The notes beneath the pieces are model-generated. The model saw only the letters and a program-made list of their open reading frames with translations. It made no database searches and had not been told where the DNA came from. From contig CAXXFK010000030.1 of assembly GCA_963663965.2 (NCBI GenBank), positions 128,001-192,000 of the forward strand: 64,000 bases of DNA. The letters are read 5' to 3'. Positions 39,480-48,409 of this stretch are shown here, in pieces (the first letter of the stretch is position 1; every line of letters starts with the position of its first letter). Source of the DNA: Sedimentisphaerales bacterium. GTDB taxonomy: Bacteria > Planctomycetota > Phycisphaerae > Sedimentisphaerales > SM23-30. The translations under genes were made by a program, and so were the position numbers.

Positions 39480-41033
39480 TTAATTGCGTAAATACTGGAG
39501 TCGCGGCGGGAGGGGGATGTTGTTGCCGAAGTTGTCTTCGCCGTAGCCGTTTTCGGCGAGGAGGCGGATATCGTTCAGGACGCGTTTATCGCCGATGAAG
39601 GTGACGGTCAGTTCGGTCTGGATATCGATTTTGCCGAGCGCCTGCATGCGGGCCAGTTCTTCGGTGATGCGCTGGAGCGGGGCGGCGTCGGCGATATCGT
39701 TTAATTTTTCGGGGAAGACCAGGGGCTGTTCGTAGAGGACCATTTTGCCCATTTCGGCCAGGGTAAGAATGATGCCGCGCAGGATGTCTTCGAGCGGGCG
39801 TTGGACGCGGTCTTCGGGCACCAGATGGAGTCTGACAATTTCACTGCTGAGCCATTTACGTTTGCGGGCGTTGATCTTTTCGTTGACGCGGAAGATATCC
39901 ATGGGCGAGCCGGCGTTGTAGGACTGGCCTTCAAGTTCCATGCAGACATCGCTGCCATAGTGCATGACGATGCGCGCCACCAGGGTAGAGGGCCGGACAT
40001 GAAAGCCGCGATAGCGCGGCACGGACACTTCGATATTGTCGACCTCGGTATAGCGTTTGAGCATATTCTGGCAGAGTTGCTGGGCGGCGGTCTGGTAGCG
40101 TTCGGCGTAATGGATGGCGTATTCGATCAGCAGGGTGAGCAGTTGATCGGGATCGACCAGGAGTTTTTTGATGTCTTCGCGCGTACCGCTGTGGAGGTGG
40201 ATATGCCGTTCGAAGTAATGGGCGAACTGGGTGGCCACCTGGAGCAGGTGGAAGATCACGCTGACATGGCCGCGCAGGACGGGCAGATCGACGTCGTAGA
40301 TTTCGGTGCGGGTTTCGGAGACATAGGTGTCGTAGAGCGATTGCAGGTTGTGGAATTTATGCTGAAGATCGCGCAGGTTTTTTTCGCTGATGGGATCGGG
40401 GATAAAGGCATGATAATCGACAACATCTTTTTTGGAGGTTTTGACCAGTTTGCTTTCGGCGGCCAGATTGAGGAAGGCGGTGGCGAGCAGGGTAACGGTT
40501 TTTTCCACGGAGTTGGCCTGGCGGGATTGGCGGTCCTGGGGGAGTTGTCCGGTGGGGAGTTGTTCGACGTAGTAGGTATCGTGCTGCATGGGCAGGGGGG
40601 CGGGCAGGCCGAGAGTATCGCCCAGGTGCAGGAGGCTATCGCAAATGGCGTAGAGCGTGCTCCAGCAGAACCCAAGGGTGCGTGAGGTGGCCAGGACAAA
40701 ATCTTCATCGATATCCATCAGGCGATAGTTCGGGATCCGGTGAAAGATATGCTTGAGTTCGTAGGTGACATCGGCGAAGAGTTTGATGGCGGCGATACAG
40801 GAGCGCAGGGGATACCAGCGAAGGTTGTTTTTGGCGCCGTAGCTGTCCAGAAGTTCTTCGATCTGCATGGCCTGGGAGAGCATTTCGCCCAGCAGCGGCC
40901 GGGTCAGGCGGCCGGGATCGGTGCAGAAATCGAGGTAGTATCGACTGACTCGCAACAGCCGGGTGGTTCGACTGGAAATGACTTCCAGGAAATCTTCTTC
41001 CTGAAGCGTTTTGGTGACAAACATTTTAGGCAT
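39480..41033 (-). CDS. Large helical protein with a C-terminal interrupted HPr-like domain
   Basis: YRGFHVRPSTLVARIV (His15-like), YNAGSPMDI (Ser46-like) and a late VTFIGD strand. Confidence 0.7.
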   Translation of the reverse strand: MPKMFVTKTLQEEDFLEVISSRTTRLLRVSRYYLDFCTDPGRLTRPLLGEMLSQAMQIEELLDSYGAKNNLRWYPLRSCIAAIKLFADVTYELKHIFHRIPNYRLMDIDEDFVLATSRTLGFCWSTLYAICDSLLHLGDTLGLPAPLPMQHDTYYVEQLPTGQLPQDRQSRQANSVEKTVTLLATAFLNLAAESKLVKTSKKDVVDYHAFIPDPISEKNLRDLQHKFHNLQSLYDTYVSETRTEIYDVDLPVLRGHVSVIFHLLQVATQFAHYFERHIHLHSGTREDIKKLLVDPDQLLTLLIEYAIHYAERYQTAAQQLCQNMLKRYTEVDNIEVSVPRYRGFHVRPSTLVARIVMHYGSDVCMELEGQSYNAGSPMDIFRVNEKINARKRKWLSSEIVRLHLVPEDRVQRPLEDILRGIILTLAEMGKMVLYEQPLVFPEKLNDIADAAPLQRITEELARMQALGKIDIQTELTVTFIGDKRVLNDIRLLAENGYGEDNFGNNIPLPPRLQYLRN

Positions 41034-41540
41034 AAGGCGTTGACTCTCAACCAGGCTTATTCAATTAAAGTATCCCATTTCTCAAGAATACCATATATCA
41101 TAATCATTCGGTAAGATTTATAATCGACATTATTTTTAATCGACAATTATACCGCGGGCTTTATGTCAATTAGTTACTGGTAATAAAGGAATTAGCAAAA
41201 TTAACCCTTTAAATTGGCCTAAATCCAGGATGATTGGGGCAATCTCACCCCAAGGATTCCCCGGGTTTGAAATTAATTGAATGCCAGCCGGGATCCGCGG
41301 AATCCGCCTGATTTGTAAATACTGGAATAAGGCATATTGTTTATATTGTGGGATTAAATATTTGATATTGTTTATGTCATATTAGAATTATGGGCTATGC
41401 AAACAGGTCTGATTTCATCAGGAGATTCACCGGAATTTTGCTGGTCTGGTCTGGCGATTGAGCCTATAATACCGCCACGAAACTGGAATGGCCGCCAGAG
41501 CAGAGCGGCCTTAACCTTACAAGACAGATTGGAGAGACAG

Positions 41541-42011
41541 ATGTTTGAACGGTACACGGAGAACGCGCGCAATGTTTTGAATCGGGCCAGCCAGGAGGCC
41601 CAGAAAATGCATCATGATCATATCGGCACGGAACACATCCTGCTGGGATTGATCGAAGTCAAAGCGGGCGTGGCGGCCAAGGTCTTTGAACACCGCAACC
41701 TGGATCTGCCTCACGCTATCGAACAAGTGGCCCTGCTGGCCCAGAACGGTCCGGAGGCCGAAGGTCACGATTGTGAAGTCCTGCCGCGGACGGTGCATGC
41801 CCAGAGCCTGCTGGATGACGCGGTTCAGGAAGCGCGCGCGTTGAAGCACAATTATATCGGTACGGAACATATCCTGCTGGGGTTGCTGCATGAGAATGAA
41901 GGCACCGGCGCGCAGGTGATCCGCAATCTTGGTTTCAAGCTGGACGATATCCGTCAGGATGTCCTGCATCTGTTTGACCGGGACGATACGCTGAAGGCGG
42001 AACATAGCTGA
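41541..42011 (+). CDS. Stand-alone Clp N-terminal (Clp_N repeat) protein
   Basis: MFERYTENAR and two IGTEHILLGL repeats, with no AAA domain. Confidence 0.88.
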   Translation: MFERYTENARNVLNRASQEAQKMHHDHIGTEHILLGLIEVKAGVAAKVFEHRNLDLPHAIEQVALLAQNGPEAEGHDCEVLPRTVHAQSLLDDAVQEARALKHNYIGTEHILLGLLHENEGTGAQVIRNLGFKLDDIRQDVLHLFDRDDTLKAEHS

Positions 42012-42582
42012 TCGTTGATGATCTATCCAATCACCTAGTTTGCTAAGTTAAACAGAACGATTTCATTTTATTTCGTCTTTTTCAGATAAAGGCTATATCC
42101 TTCCGGGACAGCATTCGTCTAAAAGATTGAATTGGCCGAGATAGCCGTTTTCTGTCAATTTTCATTACAAGCCAGGTAGTCGTGTTCCGATAAGCTGAGT
42201 TTTCCAGTCATCGGTGGGATAGTCCTCCTGGGATCGGGATTATTGTAATATGCCCCCTTAACTCATTGGGGTCAAAGCGGATACCTTGATAACACCGACC
42301 GCCATTCGGGAAGACGCCTGCGGCTTTGCTTCAGATACCGGGGTTGACCTGTTTTGAACCTGGGTTACCGGATGGGGTCTGTTGGCGGCTTGAATGTGAC
42401 CCGGGTCTTCATCATACGGGATAATTGGCTAGAATTCGAGACTAAATCCTGCTATACTTACAGGTAGATAGCAGACATGGCGGGTAAGTCTTACCGGTCG
42501 TGCCATCGTGATCTGGCGTATCGAATTACCGGCACAATAAAACCAGGGAATCCCAAGGTATTTTTTGCAAAGGATAAGAAAA

Positions 42583-45500
42583 ATGAAACAGATATTCGCC
42601 ATAGTAATAACGATCCTGGTATTGGGTACGGGAGTCTGGGCTGCCGGCGGGAATTTCGGGGGTGGTGACGGCACTTATCAGAATCCATTTCTGATTGAAG
42701 ATGGCGCTGATTTGCAGGCGGTGAACGGCGATCTGAAGCGGTGCTATAAACTGGTTCATGATATCGATCTGGCGGGTCAGGTGTTTACCCATTCAGTCAT
42801 TGCACCCACATTGATTGACAAACCAACTTTGAAGTTTCAGGGGATACTGGATGGTAACGGCCACACCATAAACAATTTAACCATAAAGAGCCATGATGAG
42901 CTCGGCGAGACCGGCCTTATCGGGTCTGCTAGAAATCTGTCTTTCTGGCCCTGTGAGATCAAAAATCTGACTTTGGCCAATGTTCACATAGAGGGCGGAC
43001 AAGCCTGGGCGACAGGGGCCCTGGTGGGAGATGGCACTTCGTTTGTGATGACTAATTGCCATGTCATCGGGGGCAGTGTTGTGGGGCAGTCTTCTAGTTA
43101 TTACTATTTAAGCCAGCATCTTGTTGGCGGCCTGGTTGGCAATATAGCCATGTGTGAGATCGATCGATGTTCCACTCGTGGCGTTACCGTTTCTGCCACA
43201 AGCCAGGAAAATAATTGCGGCGGTTTGCTGGGCGGCATGTGGTGGAGCGGGGGTTTAATTAAGCAGTGTTATACGGTGGATGGCAGCGTCAGCGGAGGCA
43301 TTAACAATGGCGGATTGGTGGGCCTGGTGCAGGGATCGGATGCCCATTCAGCCAATATTTATGACTGTTACAGTACCTCAACGGTTAATGGAAACATTAG
43401 TGGCGGATTGATTGGCACTCGTTACCATTCCACTAAGGATGATGAGGCCGGACCTTATTTAAGACGCTCCTACAGTACCGGGTCGGTTAGCGGTACCGGT
43501 CATGTGGGAGGTTTAATCGGTTACAATACCTGGCTTTCCGGGCGTGTTTCAAATTGTTTCTGGAATGTCACGACAAGCGGCGTTGCGATAGGATGCGGTA
43601 TTAATCCGGACATTAATATCGTTGGCATTGACAATGCCCAGATGGAAAAACAGAGTACGTATAGTGGGTGGGATTTTACCAATGTCTGGAAGATGGATAA
43701 CAGCGGTTATTATGCCCGGCCCATGCTGCGGAACAATGCCGAACCGGATTATTTTGAGGTCCGTGTTTCTTCGGGCGAAAATGGCAGCGTCAGTCCCGCG
43801 GGGGTGAACTGGTATATCACGGGATCTGAGCTGATATTGGTAGCGAGTGAATATTATGGATTTTGCGTGGATAAATGGTATGTGAATGGGACGGTCGCGC
43901 AGGTAGGCGGAATAACTTACGATGCCGGGCCCGTGTTAGCTGACATGGCCATTGAGGTAACATTTAAAGCGGTGGGGCCAAGCTGTACGGTGACGATCAC
44001 ACAAGGCGCCCATGGCAATGTTGTGCCCTGGCCCGAGGTCAGGGTGATTCAGCAGGGAGATGAATTGACCATCTATGCCCAGCCGCATAACGGCTATCAG
44101 GTGGATTCCTGGCAGCTCAACGGGTCGGTATACCAGTATGGATCCAATTCGTTCACCCTGTACGACACGCGAACCCATGTCAGCAGTTTAAGCGTGCATG
44201 TGACCTTTAAGCCGGTCCTGTTTACGGTCCATGTCGAGCCCGGCATCCCGACGGGCAATGGAGATATGCGGATTGGTCATCATGGTACAACCAGCCACGA
44301 TGGCTATCAACAGATTCAAGCGGGCTCTTCATTAACCATAACGGCTTATCCCGATCCGGGATATCAGGTGAGCGCCTGGCAGGTCAACGGCGTTCTGTGC
44401 GGCCAGGGATTGGCAAGCTATGAGATCGATGCCGTGACAGATCATCTGGCTATTGGCGTTCTGTTTACCCATCTGGCTTTTGCTCAGGGAACCGGCACGG
44501 CTTATGATCCCTATCGGGTTTATGATGTGGCCACGCTCAATGCGGTGGATGATGATCGGGCGGCGCACTATATCCTGATAAACGATATCGATCTGTCCGG
44601 CCAGCCGGACTATGAAGATGCCGTTATCGGCAAGGGTCCGGCCACTCCGTTCCTGGGGGTTTTTGATGGGAATCACCGGGAAATCACCGGACTTGCCATC
44701 AACGGCCACAACGATTATCTGGGCCTGTTTGGTTGTCTCTCGGCCGGTAACGGCTTGCAGGGCCAGATTAAACATCTTACCCTGGCCGGTGTGACCGTTT
44801 GTGGCGATGGCACGACGATAGGCGGGTTGTGCGGACTCAATCAATCCGGGCTCATCGAGAAATGCCGGGTGACGGATGCGGATATTCATGGCGATCAGCG
44901 CGTCGGGGGTTTATGCGGATACAATACCGGGACCATTCGATACGCTTGCGCGGAAGGAACGGTCGCAGGCCGCTACCGGGTGGGGCTGCTGACGGGCAAT
45001 TGCTATTTGGGGACCATTGTCGACTGCTATGCCATCGGCGCAATCAGCATGGAGGGTGAGGCTTCCTCCGGTGGCGGGGTCTCCGGGGATAATAACCAGG
45101 CGACGATCTCCAACTGCTACGCCAGTTGTACTATTTTTGGGTCCGGCCAGAAACTGGGCAGTTTTGTCGGCTGGAGCCAGAACAGCGGCTATACCGGCTG
45201 CGTGACCAACCGGCAGACCTATGACACTGCGATTGGCGGTTCTGGCGGCGGCGATACGGGCACGATTGCGGGTTGGGGTCAGTCTCAGATGCAGACCCTG
45301 GAGACCTGGGCGACTATCAACTGGGATTTTGTGGGCAACCCTGCCGATGGCGCCGAAGATATCTGGCGGCTGTGCCGGGATGGTGTGGATTTTCCACGGT
45401 TGTGGTGGCAGTTTGGACCGGGAGATATTGTCTGCAAGGATGGGGTGGATTTGGCGGATTTTGCCGAACTGAGCCGAAACTGGCTGACCATTCAAACGGT

Positions 45501-45591
45501 CTCCGGTTTTTACGATAATGCAGATATTAATTACGACGGGATTATCGATAGTTCTGATCTATTGATTATGTCCGATTTCTGGTTGAAATGA
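42583..45591 (+). CDS. Secreted GLUG-motif protein with InlB-B-like repeats and a C-terminal dockerin-like motif
   Basis: Signal peptide, two G.GT..P..I modules with many GGLVG repeats, three GY.V..W.VNG repeats and DINYDGIIDSSDL. Confidence 0.8.
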   Translation: MKQIFAIVITILVLGTGVWAAGGNFGGGDGTYQNPFLIEDGADLQAVNGDLKRCYKLVHDIDLAGQVFTHSVIAPTLIDKPTLKFQGILDGNGHTINNLTIKSHDELGETGLIGSARNLSFWPCEIKNLTLANVHIEGGQAWATGALVGDGTSFVMTNCHVIGGSVVGQSSSYYYLSQHLVGGLVGNIAMCEIDRCSTRGVTVSATSQENNCGGLLGGMWWSGGLIKQCYTVDGSVSGGINNGGLVGLVQGSDAHSANIYDCYSTSTVNGNISGGLIGTRYHSTKDDEAGPYLRRSYSTGSVSGTGHVGGLIGYNTWLSGRVSNCFWNVTTSGVAIGCGINPDINIVGIDNAQMEKQSTYSGWDFTNVWKMDNSGYYARPMLRNNAEPDYFEVRVSSGENGSVSPAGVNWYITGSELILVASEYYGFCVDKWYVNGTVAQVGGITYDAGPVLADMAIEVTFKAVGPSCTVTITQGAHGNVVPWPEVRVIQQGDELTIYAQPHNGYQVDSWQLNGSVYQYGSNSFTLYDTRTHVSSLSVHVTFKPVLFTVHVEPGIPTGNGDMRIGHHGTTSHDGYQQIQAGSSLTITAYPDPGYQVSAWQVNGVLCGQGLASYEIDAVTDHLAIGVLFTHLAFAQGTGTAYDPYRVYDVATLNAVDDDRAAHYILINDIDLSGQPDYEDAVIGKGPATPFLGVFDGNHREITGLAINGHNDYLGLFGCLSAGNGLQGQIKHLTLAGVTVCGDGTTIGGLCGLNQSGLIEKCRVTDADIHGDQRVGGLCGYNTGTIRYACAEGTVAGRYRVGLLTGNCYLGTIVDCYAIGAISMEGEASSGGGVSGDNNQATISNCYASCTIFGSGQKLGSFVGWSQNSGYTGCVTNRQTYDTAIGGSGGGDTGTIAGWGQSQMQTLETWATINWDFVGNPADGAEDIWRLCRDGVDFPRLWWQFGPGDIVCKDGVDLADFAELSRNWLTIQTVSGFYDNADINYDGIIDSSDLLIMSDFWLK

Positions 45592-45646
45592 TCAGTGGAA
45601 TATCGCTGCAACAGCGACTAACACCGTTGTTGGCAAATTATCTGCA

Positions 45647-46759
45647 TTAAATTTCTTCAACATGCAGTGTCTCGCTAAAATCCGCTTTAATCCATTGTAA
45701 CATTCCCAGATTCCGGATGGCAGAAGCGATGGCCTGTTTTTTTTCGGGCTGGTCCCAATGCTTCTTCCATTGCAGGATCTTATCATAGATTTCGTTTTCC
45801 GAGACCATAGGTTTTTCTTTTTTCAGTTTACGGATTACATAAAAAACTGTCGTAACTTCTTCGGCTTGTTCACTGTTTTTAATTCGCATGAACAGATCGG
45901 TTACTTTGTCAATTTTCGTTTTGTGCCGTTCAATAAAATTCAGGTGTTCATTATGAAAAATTTCATATGCCGGTCCTGTTTTTAACGCAGTCATTTTTCC
46001 CAACTGCTGTTCAAATACGATATTGTTGTTCGACAGAATTTTCAAAGCGGTTTTGATCTCCGCAGCGTAAGGGCCATAATTGCCTTGTTTGAAGTGAAAA
46101 CCAAGGTCAATATCTGTTTCATGTAAGACATAGCATATTTTTTGAAATGTCGTTCGGCCGACGGGCGCGGCGTAAGGTTGCCGTTCGAGATTATGCAATA
46201 CTTCAAGCGGGGCCGCCCATTCCGGTCTGATTTTTTCTAATTTTTTACCGACGATATTTTGTTTACTGGTTACATGCGATGTATCAAGAAAGGTTTCATT
46301 CAGAAATTTTTGAGGAGTCCCGTATGGCGCATAAATTTCAACCGGGATATCCAGTGGCGATAACGTTTGATACATGATTGGTCCAACAATTTCCCATTCC
46401 AATCCACCGTTTCCACATCCCAGAGGGGGAAAGGCAACCGATTCGATTTTCCAATTCTGATAATTTTTGACGAAAAATTCCAGCCCCTTTCTGATATCGT
46501 CCAGACGCGACATTGCCCGCCAATGGTCTTTGGTGGGGAAATTGATAATTGACGTCCCAAACATGTCCTGATAATGATAGGGCATGCCGGGCTTGACCTG
46601 GTGAGACTGACATCGTTTTGTGTAGTCGCCATACATTTCGGGATATTTTTTTTTGAATTCCTGCGCAATCCCTTTGCCCATAACACCGACGCAATTGACA
46701 GTATTTACCAGGGTTTGTGCCTTGCTTTCAAAAAGGTTTCCAATTAAAACTCTTATCAT
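45647..46759 (-). CDS. darG: Macrodomain antitoxin DarG
   Basis: LVNTVNCVGVMGKGIA, IINFPTK.HWR, PPLGCGNGGL and C-terminal YGPYA. Confidence 0.88.
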   Translation of the reverse strand: MIRVLIGNLFESKAQTLVNTVNCVGVMGKGIAQEFKKKYPEMYGDYTKRCQSHQVKPGMPYHYQDMFGTSIINFPTKDHWRAMSRLDDIRKGLEFFVKNYQNWKIESVAFPPLGCGNGGLEWEIVGPIMYQTLSPLDIPVEIYAPYGTPQKFLNETFLDTSHVTSKQNIVGKKLEKIRPEWAAPLEVLHNLERQPYAAPVGRTTFQKICYVLHETDIDLGFHFKQGNYGPYAAEIKTALKILSNNNIVFEQQLGKMTALKTGPAYEIFHNEHLNFIERHKTKIDKVTDLFMRIKNSEQAEEVTTVFYVIRKLKKEKPMVSENEIYDKILQWKKHWDQPEKKQAIASAIRNLGMLQWIKADFSETLHVEEI

Positions 46760-46774
46760 CGTTACACCAATAAG

Positions 46775-47365
46775 TTAAGCAAAAAACATCTTTGCGTTAA
46801 TTGTCACTGTTGGGCGGAATTCTGTTGCTTTCATTCTTTCCAGCGCAATTGAATTCGCGACATATGCCCCATCAATATACTCGACATCGATACTATTGGG
46901 AACAAGAACTTCTGCACATTTTATTGAGGCGTGACGCCAATGAGCAATTTGATCTTCAGGATGGTTCCAGTTTTCTGCAAAAACATCATCAAAATTAATA
47001 TGATGCAGTCCCTGGGGAGATTTATAAAAACGAACATAATTACTGGCGGCATTCTGGTCCGTTAATACAACATCCGGGAGAAGCAGTATCTGTCGATTGA
47101 CTCGCAAAACACAGAGTTGATCCTGACAGGCCTGTCTTTTGTACATCATGGGATTTCTGGCGCAAAAATAGAGATTGGCATATTGATGTAAAGCCAATCC
47201 CCCTGGAACTCTTTTGTTTTTTCGCCGGTCCTGCACATCTGGCAATGAAATATCGGTATGCGCAAGCGTTGATGCTTTTTCGTGTGACAGGATTCCGTAT
47301 TGCATAACCGAAGGAATGTTGCCTATGGGCATAATACAATATAATTCGGTTACCCTATGACTCAT
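46775..47365 (-). CDS. darT: DNA ADP-ribosyltransferase toxin DarT (DUF4433)
   Basis: NIPSV..GILS, LHQYANLYF..RNPMMY, TDQNAAS and AEVLV catalytic Glu. Directly upstream of darG. Confidence 0.88.
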   Translation of the reverse strand: MSHRVTELYCIMPIGNIPSVMQYGILSHEKASTLAHTDISLPDVQDRRKNKRVPGGLALHQYANLYFCARNPMMYKRQACQDQLCVLRVNRQILLLPDVVLTDQNAASNYVRFYKSPQGLHHINFDDVFAENWNHPEDQIAHWRHASIKCAEVLVPNSIDVEYIDGAYVANSIALERMKATEFRPTVTINAKMFFA

Positions 47366-47739
47366 CGTTTTGCCCTATTACAATATTTGGTCCCGGAGGT
47401 TCATAAAATCCTGACAGATTGCTGTCCAAATAAAATTTTACTGATGCTGTAGTTGGAGTCAATTATTATTTTGTATAAACGTAACGTTTTTGATAACAAG
47501 TGGTTATAGGCAATAGGGCGAACGGTTTGAAATCTATTTGCCTGGGTAAGGAATTTGGTTCATACTTGATATAGCCCTGTTTTGGTTCAAACGATAGAGG
47601 TATTATGAAACATACGCATCATATATCGGTCAATGAGGTGGTGGAAGCGTTACTGATGCTGCTGGCGTTGATTTTTGTGATCTGGTTGCATTTTAAAGTA
47701 CAATAATGCGGTTTAGGGAACAGGCGTAAGCCAGCCGGT

Positions 47740-48342
47740 TCAGGTTGAGGGCGGCAGCAGCACGTTACGTACTCCGTCCATGACGATCTGGGCGGCCATG
47801 GCGCTGAGGATGAGTCCGAAGAGCTTGTTAATCACCTGCATACCGCGGCGCCCGAGGATTCGTTCGACCCAATCGCAGAAAAAGAGCAGGAAGAACATAA
47901 GGGTGATGACGCAAAAGAGCGCCGCGAGGGTGGAGATGCGCAGGGACCAATCCTGGACGTCGGCGCTGATCACCATGAGGTAACCGATGGTGCCGGGGCC
48001 GACGGTGATGGGGATGGCGAAGGGAACAATGGCAAAGTCATCGCCCGGTTTGGGTTTTTGAAAGAAATCGATGCCGCGAATAATAGAAATGGCGGTTAGG
48101 AACAGTACGACCCCGGTACCGATCCGGAAGGCGTCGAGGGTGATTCCCAGACCGCGTAACAGATGGCGGCCGGTGAGGTAGATCATCAGGGTGATGGCGA
48201 TAATCGCAATGGTGGCGCGGACGGCGGCTTTGCGGCGTTCGGCGGCAGTTAATTCACTGGTGCTGGCCAGGAAGACCGAGGCGCTGCCAAAGGGTGATAA
48301 CAGGGCAAACAACTGAATGAGGGTATTGATGAAAAATGCCAT
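47740..48342 (-). CDS. MarC family membrane protein
   Basis: GITLDAFRIGTG and AIVPFAIPITVGPG. Confidence 0.9.
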   Translation of the reverse strand: MAFFINTLIQLFALLSPFGSASVFLASTSELTAAERRKAAVRATIAIIAITLMIYLTGRHLLRGLGITLDAFRIGTGVVLFLTAISIIRGIDFFQKPKPGDDFAIVPFAIPITVGPGTIGYLMVISADVQDWSLRISTLAALFCVITLMFFLLFFCDWVERILGRRGMQVINKLFGLILSAMAAQIVMDGVRNVLLPPST

Positions 48343-48409
48343 CGGGATTCTCGGTTTTTCAATAGACTATATTTCAGGGAGGTCTTCCGCGTGATTTTCG
48401 GGAGTCCCT

